A stretch of DNA of 64,000 bases from Macrostomum lignano. Taxonomy: Eukaryota. Both the position numbers and the translations under genes were made by a program. Location: contig NIVC01003513.1 in the NCBI GenBank assembly GCA_002269645.1, positions 1 through 64,000 of the forward strand. Direction: 5' to 3'. This document shows positions 1 through 21,642 of the stretch, piece by piece; position 1 is the stretch's first letter, and every line of letters starts with the position of its first letter. The notes below the pieces were generated by a model, which was not told the DNA's origin, did no database searches, and worked only from the letters and a program-made list of their open reading frames with translations.

Positions 1-79
1 TGCGTTACGCAGTAACTGAATAATAAGTCTATTTACCGATCCCATTTGACTATCCCGAAACAAAATCCCAACTCCTCAG

Positions 80-735
80 TAATGTCCGCCTCAACGGCCA
101 CCTCCGCTATCCGTCCTACATGAACAACGATCTTGTCGGCCTGATTGCCCCCGCTGACGCCAACGCCTCGCCTGCACTTCCTTATGACGGCTACACGCCG
201 CTGACCACGGAGTCCTCCGAGCAGACCAACATCCGGCGAACCACCGTGTTTGACGTGATGCGCCGCCTGCTGCAGGCCCAAGAACATGATGGTGTCAGCC
301 CGGCCGAGCGAGACATTCCGCATTGCTACGTGAGCATACTCAACATTATCCAAGGCGAACTGGATCCCACCGAGGTGCACAAGAGTCTGCAACGGATTCG
401 CGGAACGCCGTCTAGCCAGCTTCATCCCGTGGGGCCCGGCCAGCATACAGGTGGCACTGTCCCGACGATCGCCTTACGTTCAGAGCACCCACCCGGGTGT
501 CCGGCTGATGCTGGCCAATCACACCTCCATCTCGTCGCTATTCAAGCGAATTATGCAACAGTACGATAGGCTGAAATCGCACAACGCCTTTTTGAATCAG
601 TTTCTAAAGAGGCCATCTTTGAGCAGGATCGGAGATGCGAGAGTTCTCGGATAGTCGGAGTGTGCAGAGTCTGATTGACGAGCACCGGCTGCCACTACAG
701 AGGATTATATTCACTGGGGCGCTAGGCAGGCCTGA
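80..735 (+). CDS. TUBG1: Gamma-tubulin, 3' coding portion; the 5' exons lie upstream of the window. The frame is broken by about 10 single-base indels, probably assembly error, though a pseudogene is not excluded.
   Basis: Joining frames gives [21 protein letters not shown]...TGYTPLTT...[12 protein letters not shown](PKNMMVS)...[27 protein letters not shown]([16 protein letters not shown])VALSRRSPY...[30 protein letters not shown]...DYIHWG, which are diagnostic gamma-tubulin C-terminal motifs. Acceptor AG at 78-79; stop TGA at 733-735. Confidence 0.92.
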
Positions 736-869
736 CCTATTAACTGAACTGCCTTCCATTCCGTGTCTGCAGCTGGTCACCTGGACTTTTCTCAATTGTA
801 TAATTATTATATTGTTTAGATTGGATTACATCTGAATATAGCTGGAGTTAGTACATGGGTAAGTTCCTT

Positions 870-1377
870 CTCTCCCTTCTCTTTCTCCTTTCTACCCCTT
901 TTCTTCCCTATCTCTTCCCGTGTTTTCCTTCTCCTCCCCTTCTCTCCTCTGCCCCTTCTTCCCCTTCTCTTCCCCTTCTCCCCTTGTTTTCCCCTTCTCC
1001 TCCCCTTCTCCCCTTCTATTCCCCTTCTCTCCTCTTCCCTTCTCCTCCCTTTTTTTCCCTTCTCTCCTCTTCCCCTTCTCTCCTCTTCCTTTCTCTCCCC
1101 TTCTCCCCTTCTATCCCCTTCTCCTCTTCCCTCTCTCTCCCCTTCTCCCCTTCTATTCCCCTTCTCTCCTCTTCCCCTTCTCTCCTCTTCCCATTCTCTC
1201 CTCTTCCCCTTCTCTCCTCTTCCCTTTCTCTCCCCTTCTCTCCCCTTCTCTCCTCTTCCCTTCTCTTCCCCTTCTCCTCCCCTTTCCTCCCCTTCCACTT
1301 CTCCCCTTCTCTTTCACTCTCTTTCTCTCTCCTTGTCTTCCCTTTCTCTTCTCCTTTCCCCTTTCTTCCCCTTTTTG
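870..1377. repeat. Polypyrimidine/polypurine low-complexity tract (TTCTCCCC-like units)
   Basis: About 500 bp almost entirely C/T on the + strand; it generates the spurious F/S/P/L and E/G/R/K ORFs. Confidence 0.95.
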
Positions 1378-2078
1378 ATTACCCCCAAGCCGATCCAATC
1401 TAACTATATCCAGTTAATAAAAATGTGATCTATTAAAATTCTTAAAACAAAGCAAATAACTTTTTGCTTGTTAGATCTTTAATTAGGGATGAAATTTCCT
1501 ATTTATCAACTGTATAATTTGGTTATTTTTTAAGCAGTGTAGCATGATGCACTACTGACAAAAATCAGTAGCGAGTTGTGCATTAGGGTTTTTTCCGTGT
1601 CTGTATGGCCTAGTTTGTGCTGCTGTTAGTAATTTTATTTAAATTACTTTATATATTTCTATTTTGTTGTATCACCATATACTTTGCATGGTGCTCATAA
1701 AAATTAATTGTTAATGTTTTACAAAACTCCAAGCGCATCATTTGTATACCTGTAAAGTAGCTTAAACTTATAATTATTTATTAATTCCAAGAAAACCCAG
1801 TGCGCACCTGTTTCCCCGGCTAATCCTATTGTACAGGGTTTGTAATCTACTTACTCTTGTATTTTTGTCGATAGTTTTCATAAATTATTCAATACGAACT
1901 GAGCTGGCTCAAGTATCCTTACATATCTTGTTTGTTGGCCCTGTAATTTATCTGCATTGTTCAAAATATATGCAAATAATGAAGTTATTTTTCTTATAAT
2001 TTGCCTTGCTGGTCAGCTGACGTTAACTAATGCTGTACAGCCTTTGGTGTTTAGTTTGCCTTGTTAGGCTAGAGTTCG

Positions 2079-2337
2079 CGCCAAGCGAAGCGCCAAGCGA
2101 AGCGCCAAGCGAAGCGCCAAGCGAAGCGCAAGCGAAGCGCCAAGCGAAGCGCCAAGCGAAGCGCCAAGCGAAGCGCCAAGCGAAGCGCCAAGCGAAGCGC
2201 CAAGCGAAGCGCCAAGCGAAGCGCCAAGCGAAGCGCCAAGCGAAGCGCCAAGCGAAGCGCCAAGCGAAGCGCCAAGCGAAGCGCAAGCGAAGCGCCAAGC
2301 GAAGCGCCAAGCGAAGCGCCAAGCGAAGCGCCAAGCC
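2079..2337. repeat. 12-bp tandem repeat (GCGAAGCGCCAA)n, about 21 copies
   Basis: Directly visible; two units lack one C. Confidence 0.95.
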
Positions 2338-2689
2338 AAGCTAGATCTTATCTAGATCTAATTTTCTGTGGATGTACGAGCGTACTTTAAAGTTAAAGTA
2401 ACTTTACCGCTGCTAATGTACGAGTAGACGCAGGACGGTGGATAGTGCAACTCGCTTATTCCCAAAGGTTTGTCTATTTCGCGTACGAGTCTGCTGCAAG
2501 AATTTTGCCGAGGATGCACATTTAGTCGCGTAGATGAAATATGTAAAACTATACTTTGTATAATACGGTAGTGGAGAAATTCGAGTACACTCAAATACAG
2601 TACTCTTCTAATAATCGAATGTTAGAAGTTCGACACTATTAAACCGGAGAAATCAAGAAGAATCGCTTATATAAACTTCCTAAAGATTC

Positions 2690-3027
2690 AAACCACCTGA
2701 AGATTCTCATCTAAACCACTTGAAGAATCGCATCTAAACCACTGAAGAATCGCATCTAAACCACCTGATGAATCGCATCTGAACCACCTGAAGAATCGCA
2801 TCTAAACCACTTGAAGAATCGCATCTGAACCACCTGAAGAATCGCATCTAAACCACTTGAAGAATCACATCTGAACCACTTGTAGAATCACATCTAAAAC
2901 ACTTGATGAATCGCATCTGAACCACCTGAAGAATCGCATCCAAACCACCTGCAGAATCGCATCCAAACCACCTGAAGAATCGCATTCCAAACCACTGCAG
3001 AATCGCATCCAAACCACCTGAAGAATC
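2690..3027. repeat. ~22-bp minisatellite (AACCACCTGAAGAATCGCATCT)n
   Basis: Directly visible degenerate tandem array upstream of the M13 gene. Confidence 0.9.
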
Positions 3028-3362
3028 GGCATACAGAATATGCTTTATTGAAGAGGCAAAAACGCATTAGACCCGCGGGTCTCACAGCTCATCTCATATT
3101 GACAGCCCATTCGGATGGCATTCTACACCAAAGGCATTTCTAGCAACTCTGATTGGATATCCGTCTCAAAGCAATGGAGGAGCAAATCCACACGCAGTTT
3201 AGACAGGAAGCTGGGCGATTACAACTTGTTGACTGAACGAAATTGATGGAGAACCGACTCGAGCGACCTTCATTCTTCTCTAGCTGAAAAAACCGAGTGA
3301 AAATCGAGCCGCATTGAAAAACAATTCCTTCGCAGAGAAAAACTCTGTGAGCCTGACGCCCC

Positions 3363-13930
<10,568 letters not shown>

Positions 13931-13984
13931 ATGCGTTGGCGATAGGGATACCTGCAAATACGCTATTCACTGCTTCTGTTGAAC

Positions 13985-14385
13985 ACAGCTCACCTGTCAC
14001 ACAGCCTGTCTGTCACACAGCCTGTCTGTCACACAGCCCACCTGTCACACAGCCCACCTGTCACACAGCCTGTCTGTCATACAGCCCACCTGTCACACAG
14101 CCTGTCTGTCACACAGCCTGTCTGTCACACAGCCCACCTGTCACACAGCCCACCTGCCACACAGCCCACCTGTCACACAGCCTGTCTGTCACACAGCCCA
14201 CCTGTCACACAGCCTGTCTGTCACACAGCCTGTCTGTCACACAGCCTGTCTGTCACACAGCCCACCTGTCACACAGCCCACCTGTCACACAGCCCACTTG
14301 CCACACGGCCCACCAGTCACACAGCCCACCTGTCACACAGCCCACTTGCCACACGGCCCACCTGTCACACAGCCCACAAGTCACA
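13985..14385. repeat. ~16-bp minisatellite (TCACACAGCCCACCTG/TCACACAGCCTGTCTG)n just 3' of the M13 stop
   Basis: Directly visible. Confidence 0.93.
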
Positions 14386-14757
14386 CGTAGCTTTTATTTT
14401 CTGTATCTTGCTGAATATTCAAACATGAAATCATGCTCATTAAGTTCCAGTGTGTTTGCTATCCTCATCAAAATTAGAATACCTTACTTAGTATTTTCCA
14501 GTTTTGCTTTTTGTTCGTTACGTCGTACATAACTTTTAGGAAATAGGGTTGTAGTTTTGTAACTTTATCTTCAAATCTGCAGAAAATGTCGTGAAGTTGA
14601 CTGCAGTCACAATTTAGTAAATAAGCATTAGGAATTTTTTATTGTCTCTTTTAAATTGACCGCTAATTCATGGAAAATAGATTATAAACTTTAGGCCCGT
14701 GTTATTGCAGCTCGCCTAATGGTCTGATGATTTTTTATTGTTCAAGCATTCATTTAC

Positions 14758-15625
<868 letters not shown>

Positions 15626-15726
15626 TGGCTTTAACCCATCAATAGTCTATGGCAGCAGCTGCCTGAGCTCTATCTCAGAGGCTCAACCCAGCGCTCACAT
15701 TTAGCAAATTGAGTTTTGCTCAGGAG

Positions 15727-17658
15727 ATGAAGGCGGCCGCCCACAAGCTGTGCGCCGGCTGCCACTCGAGCATTGGCGGCGGTCGGGCCGTCCAAACTGA
15801 CGACGACAGCCGCTTCCACTTGAACTGCTTCCGTTGCTGCGCCTGCGGAATTTCGTTGATTGGCAGTCCGAAGGTGCTCCGCCTCCAGGGCCGTGTGATG
15901 TGCGCCCCTGCAGCTCCAGATTCGCGCCAACCTGCGCCGGCTGCAGCCGCTCCATTCGCGACAAAGAGTTCCTCTACGTGGCGCCGGTGTTTTACCACGC
16001 CGACCATCTGACCTGTCGCGGCTGCGGCGACATCGAGCTCGCTAGCCGCGGCTTCGTCACCTTCGGCGGCAGCAGCGGTCCGCTGTGCGTCCAGTGCGGC
16101 CTGGCAAGTCGCGGCCTCGTCTGCTGCGGCTGCGGCTGCCTCATCACCAGGCAGTTTCTGCGACACGGCCAGCGCAACTGGCACATCGCCTGCTTCAAGT
16201 GAGACAGCGGCTGGTGGAGCTTCACTGAGCTGCTTTTTCAGCTCTGCCCCTGCCGACTTGTTTCATGCCCTCTGACACCCACACTCTTTCTGACCTGCCA
16301 GAAACAGTCCTACACACCGACATCTGCTACCTGACACCGGCATCCACTGTCTGACACACTAGAGACAAACCTGACACACTAGAGACAAACCTGACACACT
16401 GGAGACAAACCTGACACACTGGAGACAAACCTGACACACTAGAGACAAACCTGACACACTAGAGACAAACCTGACACACTAGAGACAAACCTGACACACT
16501 AGAGACAAACCTGACACACTAGAGACAAACCTGACACACTAGAGACAAACCTGACACACTAGAGACAAACCTGACACACTAGAGACAAACCTGACAGACT
16601 AGAGACAAACCTGACACACTAGAGACAAACCTGACACACTAGAGACAAACCTGACACACTAGAGACAAACCTGACACACTAGAGACAAACCTGACACACT
16701 AGAGACAAACCTGACACACTAGAGACAAACCTGACACACTAGAGACAAACCTGACACACTAGAGACAAACCTGACACACTAGAGACAAACCTGACACACT
16801 AGAGACAAACCTGACACACTAGAGACAAACCTGACACACACTGAAGACAAACCTGACACACACTGAAGACAAACCTGAAACACTGAAGACAAACCTGACA
16901 CACTAGAGACAAACCTGACACACACTGAAGACAAACCTGACACACACTGAAGACAAACCTGACACACACAGTGAAGACAAACCTGACACACACAGTGAAG
17001 ACAAACCTGACACACACTGAAGACAAACCTGACACACTGAAGACAAACCTGACACACTGAAGACAAACCTGACACAATGAAGACAAACCTGACCACACCG
17101 ACATCCCACCTGTCCAGGTGCAGCCGGTGCGACCAACCGGTGCAGCTGGGCACTCAGCGGCTGTGCATTGACACCGGCCAGCTGGCGTGCCAAGTTTGCT
17201 GCGCTGTGGCCGCCGTCAGCTCCCGCCTGACCCTGGCCGTGTCGATGCCGGCGGTTGCCGCACTGCTGGAGTCGAATCCCAACGATGCGGCGGTAGCGGC
17301 GCGGTCGCCCTGGGGTCAGGTGAGCGGCTGCGACCTGGCCGCGACCTGCTGCAACGGCAAGCAACAGAAGGACCAGCAGGAGCAGCCGCAGCAGTCCACC
17401 ATACAGCAGCAGCTAATGGTATCGGTGCTTCAGCAGCGGCAACAGCAGCAGGAGCAGCAAGGGCAGCTGGGGCAGCAATTAACTCCAGATGAAGCAATTC
17501 CAGTGGAAAAACTGGAGCAGCATCAGCAGCAGCATCAGCAGCAGCAGTCGGATCAGAAAAAGGGAATCCATGTCCATTACCAGCAGCCACAGAAGCAGCA
17601 GCAGCAAAAAGTGCAACAGCAAAAGCAGAAGACGGTGCAAAAGCAGACAAAAAAATAA
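15727..17658 (+). CDS. Three-LIM-domain protein (paxillin/FHL-like LIMs) with a C-terminal polyQ tail; 2 exons (15727-16198, 17118-17658), about 337 aa after correcting one missing C near 15905
   Basis: LIM1 CAGC..FHLNCFRCCAC..VMC(AP)C; LIM2 CAGC..YHADHLTCRGC..LCVQC (HxxH as in the paxillin family); LIM3 CCGC..WHIACFK|CSRC..ACQVC split by an AA|GTGAGA...CCAG|G intron. One -1 indel in a C run (GCCCCTG) joins ORFs 15709 and 15834. Confidence 0.85.
16346..17095. repeat. 20-bp minisatellite (AGAGACAAACCTGACACACT)n filling the LIM-gene intron
   Basis: Directly visible; it ends about 20 nt before the acceptor. Confidence 0.96.
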
Positions 17659-18251
17659 GTCTATGACCAGTTTATGAGGGACTCCTATAGGGCCATTTTT
17701 ACTACTATGCTTAGATTGTAGTTAGATTTCAGTCAACTTTTAATAAAATGACGTAAGACTTTTTAAGTCTTTTGGACTCTTGAAGCTTAATATATGAGCA
17801 GCGAGATAGAGACAGACAGATGGAGAGTAAATAGACTCAAATAGTGTAAACAACCATATTCCTAATGGTAAATAACAGCTGACCAAGGCCCAGTGCGAGT
17901 TCAAGACAAGACAGTCTCTCTGTAACGACATTCTCTGCGCTTGCAAACTTGAAGTGCCACATTCAAGGAGTACTGCTAGGGTAAACAGAGCATCTCTGGA
18001 GAGTAAAACCTACAGATCACTTTGCTGCCTTAAAAGTGCCATAGGTGTAGTAAAATATGTAGATTTTGCCCACAGATTGGCATAAAAACTTTAGCTTGAC
18101 TTTGAAGTTGCTATTCTAGACTGGATTCGCACACCAGATTTTTTGTTGGGAGAGCTCCATGACCTGTCGCCAGAGCGGAAAGGTAAGAGAGAGAGAGAGA
18201 GAAAAAAACATTTGGTTAGACTTGGCTAAGGTTTGAGGTGTGGCGAAACAG

Positions 18252-18297
<46 letters not shown>

Positions 18298-18551
18298 CAA
18301 TACCGTCACTTCCACGACAGTTAAAGAGGCTGAGGGTGGAGAAACTGCACAACGATTGCTTGCAGACCCGCTAGGCTGCTGCCAGTTTGAGCACAGGCCC
18401 GGCCCGCCGCCTCATTCGCTCTCCGCTCGCTCATCTCTATGGCCACTTCTTTTATCATCTCTTCATTTTGGTATAACTCCAGTTCGGCCGCTGCCAGCCC
18501 TGCAGCTCACCGTCTCTGCTAACTCAATGGTAGTTCTCTATTAGCTCTACG

Positions 18552-19985
18552 ATGCGACGACTCAAGTATACAGCTCTGCATCGGGCTATTCTAGACTGCC
18601 GGGTGGCCCAGGTTCGACTCCTGATTGAGCAGTGCGGCGCCGACGCCAACAGTCAGGATCTGTACGGCCGCACTCCGCTGATGCTGTGCTGCGCATTGGA
18701 GAACCAGCGGGCGGCCGCCGCCATGTCCCGACTGGTGCTGGCGGCCGGGCCCGACCTGACTCTGAAGGACCAGCTGGGCCGCACCGCCCTTGCATATGCC
18801 TGCCTGTTCAACCGGGAGTCTCTGGTGGCCCGCCTGGCCGAGTCGGGGGTCATTGACCCCACCGAGCCGGACAACGACGGCTGCACGCCGTTGCACCATG
18901 CGGCCGTGATCGGCAACTCCCGGATCGTCTGCCTGCTGGTCCGCGCCTGCGCCGAGGGCCGGAGTAGCGTCGACTGTCGGAACCGTCTGGGCTGGACACC
19001 GCTGATGCTCGCCTGCCGGCTGCGGCGCTACCACTGCGCCCTCTTCCTGCTGCTGGACGGCGGCGCCTCCGGCTTCCTGAAGGACGACGCGCACTTTCTA
19101 AGCGCTCTGGAATGGCTGAGATGCGACCAGCCGCTGCCGCGTAAACTGGCACCCCTGGCGCCGCCGCCACTGTCGGCGCCGCAGCAGCTGCGAAGAGCGG
19201 ACACAGCGCCAGAGGTTGCCGCATCGACAACGCCGCGGCGGCAGCTCCAGCAGCAGCGGCAGCAGCCGATCACCTTCATCACCGAGTACTCCAGCCTGGA
19301 CGGAGCTGGCGGCAGCGGCCGGCTGTCCCGATCGAGGACTTTTGCCGGCGGCTTCGCATCGACCCTGCCGCCGCCGCCGCCGCCGCCTCCGCCGATGATT
19401 GACGAAGACGTCGACGCGTCATCTTCCAGCCGGCCGACCACCTTCAGCGGCGGCAACAACGGCGGAGGTCGACGAAGCCGCTACACCAGCGCCTCCGGAG
19501 ACACTGTCTACGTCAATGTCGACGAATTGTCGGTGAGGGAGGCGCGCGACCTCCTCGCGGAGCGGCTGCGCGCTCAGGCTGTGCAGTTTCCCTATCCGAC
19601 CGTGCCGAAGCCGAAGCTGGCGCCAGCGGCCCAGCAGCGACAGCGGCAGCCACAGCCGCAGCAGCAGCGGCCAAACACGCGGGACCTGCAGGCGCTGCGA
19701 CCGCCGCCCCGCTACAACGCGGTGTCGAACGCCTGCCAGCTGCTCGAGCTGTACCACGCCGCCATGTCGGCGCCGAAGCCGGCCACGGTGCTGCGGGAGG
19801 ACACGGGTATCTCAGAGCTGACGATCGGTTCAGCGGACACCGCGGCAACGGCGGCGGCGGCAGCGGCGCAAGGAGAAGACGCAACAGCAAAGGACGGCGA
19901 CGAAGCGAGAGGCTCCTCAGCAGCCGCAGGTGCAGCCGGCAGGGATCACAAGAAGAGCGTCAAGTTCAAGGATGTGTCCAAGTGA
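18552..19985 (+). CDS. Ankyrin-repeat protein, 477 aa: about 5 N-terminal ANK repeats plus a disordered Pro/Gln/Ala-rich tail (ANKRD63/ANKRD34-like layout)
   Basis: ALHRAI..., GRTPLMLCC, GRTALAYAC, GCTPLHHAAVIGN, GWTPLMLAC. Intact single ORF. A probable 5'-UTR intron spans 18183-18544 (AAG|GTAAGA ... TATTAG|). Confidence 0.9.
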   Translation: MRRLKYTALHRAILDCRVAQVRLLIEQCGADANSQDLYGRTPLMLCCALENQRAAAAMSRLVLAAGPDLTLKDQLGRTALAYACLFNRESLVARLAESGVIDPTEPDNDGCTPLHHAAVIGNSRIVCLLVRACAEGRSSVDCRNRLGWTPLMLACRLRRYHCALFLLLDGGASGFLKDDAHFLSALEWLRCDQPLPRKLAPLAPPPLSAPQQLRRADTAPEVAASTTPRRQLQQQRQQPITFITEYSSLDGAGGSGRLSRSRTFAGGFASTLPPPPPPPPPMIDEDVDASSSSRPTTFSGGNNGGGRRSRYTSASGDTVYVNVDELSVREARDLLAERLRAQAVQFPYPTVPKPKLAPAAQQRQRQPQPQQQRPNTRDLQALRPPPRYNAVSNACQLLELYHAAMSAPKPATVLREDTGISELTIGSADTAATAAAAAAQGEDATAKDGDEARGSSAAAGAAGRDHKKSVKFKDVSK

Positions 19986-20046
19986 TGCCAGAGGATCGTT
20001 AACCATGCGAACCACAGCTTGGAAAGACTTGTTGTACTGTACTCTC

Positions 20047-20582
20047 CTGGGGCGTCGCCACCGGGGGGAGACAGAGGGACATGCCCCCCCCCAGTAAAAT
20101 CTATAGGGGGACATGCCAATGCTTTGTCTTTACTTTAGGGCGACAAAATATTGCGCCTGCGGCACCAAAATGAATGCCTGCGGCGCTAAAATGAGTGCCT
20201 GCGGTGCCAAAATGAGTGCCTGCGGCGCTAAAATGAGTGCCTGCGGTGCTAAAATGAGTGCGTATGGCGCTAAAATGAGTGCGTATGGCGCTAAAATGAG
20301 TGCCTGCGGTGCCAAAATGAGTGCCTGCGGCGCTAAAATGAGTGCCTGCGGTGCCAAAATGAGTGCGTGTGGCGCTAAAATGAGTGCCTGCGGCGCCAAA
20401 ATGAGTGCGTGTGGCGCTAAAATGAGTGCCTGCGGCGCCAAAATGAGTGCGTGTGGCGCTAAAATGAGTGCTGACAACACCGATTCTGAAAATAATGTAG
20501 ATGTAGGAAATCAGTCATGTACATGTAGAATTCTTGGCTTTGTCCCTCCACCATAAAATCCATGCGAGTAGCGACGCCCCTG
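20047..20582. mobile_element. Non-autonomous hAT-superfamily MITE (536 bp) carrying an internal 21-bp minisatellite
   Basis: TIRs CTGGGGCGTCGC (20047-20058) and GCGACGCCCCTG (20571-20582) match at 11/12. Perfect 8-bp TSD GTACTCTC at 20039-20046 and 20583-20590. An 8-bp TSD with a CAG.. terminus is typical of hAT. Confidence 0.88.
20150..20470. repeat. 21-bp minisatellite (GCCTGCGGCGCTAAAATGAGT)n inside the MITE
   Basis: Directly visible; gives the spurious CGAKMSA repeat ORF. Confidence 0.95.
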
Positions 20583-21430
20583 GTACTCTCTGAAATCTCA
20601 ACTGTTCCCCACACGCAAATTCATAAAAATGTACTATGAGCTCTGTATGATTTACTGTATTTCATACTCAATACGCTGTAGAATTTGTAATGCTAGGAGT
20701 TTACTCGTTGAGAAAAATACATTTTATAAACATGTATATTTGCCTTTCTATACTAACAGCAGTAGTATGAAGCAGGTTTTTTTTCATATTTACAGGTTCA
20801 GATAAAGAATCCAGTTCACGTCTGCTTCCCAGGTGAGAGAGAAAAGGAAGAAGGAATCGAAGATAAGAGATGAGAGGAGAGGCGAGAGATCGGATGAGAG
20901 GAGAGAGAAGAGAGGGGAGACTGAGCTGGCCGGATTGTTGTTGAGAAGTTTCAAAAGACCCGAGGGCCGGATAGAGAGGCTTCGCGGGCCTCATGTGGCG
21001 CTCAAATCGCAGAAGGGTGGTGGGCACCATGGCACAGCCGCCGATGCTGTTCTCCGGCACACGCTCACACAGGGTGCACAGCGGCCCCCGACTTTCTAAT
21101 CGTCAGGCATGTACAGTCTCTGTGCCTTGGGGGTTGGCACTCGTGGGAATCGCACTCAGCCCCCTCCTAGGCCGATTTTCGTTCAGAAGCCCCAAATGAA
21201 TTTTGCGGCGCGAGAGTCAGCCGCGGTTCACCGCTAAGCTGCCCTGCCTCCGACAGCTGGCGCTGCCGGGAGTCCAGATGCGGCTGTCTATGGCCGAAAG
21301 AATTATACTGAATAATTCTACGAACGAGCCAATTAGACTCAGTGCCAAGTCACTGGTAAAATTGGTAAAAAAGGACAGCTTCTTGAATTGATTTATCGAC
21401 TTATATTTCCTATCTTCGCTAATTCACTAC

Positions 21431-21642
21431 TCAGTCAGTCAGTCAGTCAGTCAGTCAGTCAGTCAGTCAGTCAGTCAGTCAGTCAGTCAGTCAGTCAGTC
21501 AGTCAGTCAGTCAGTCAGTCAGTCAGTCAGTCAGTCAGTCAGTCAGTCAGTCAGTCAGTCAGTCAGTCAGTCAGTCAGTCAGTCAGTCAGCCAGTTAGTC
21601 AGTCAGTCAGTCAGTCAGTCAGTCAGTCAGTCAGTCAGACAG
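21431..21642. repeat. (CAGT)n microsatellite overlapping the RING-gene stop codon
   Basis: Directly visible. Confidence 0.96.

Noticed and set aside
816-1403. Long E/G/R/K and F/S/P/L ORFs on both strands
   Set aside because: Products of a C/T low-complexity tract.
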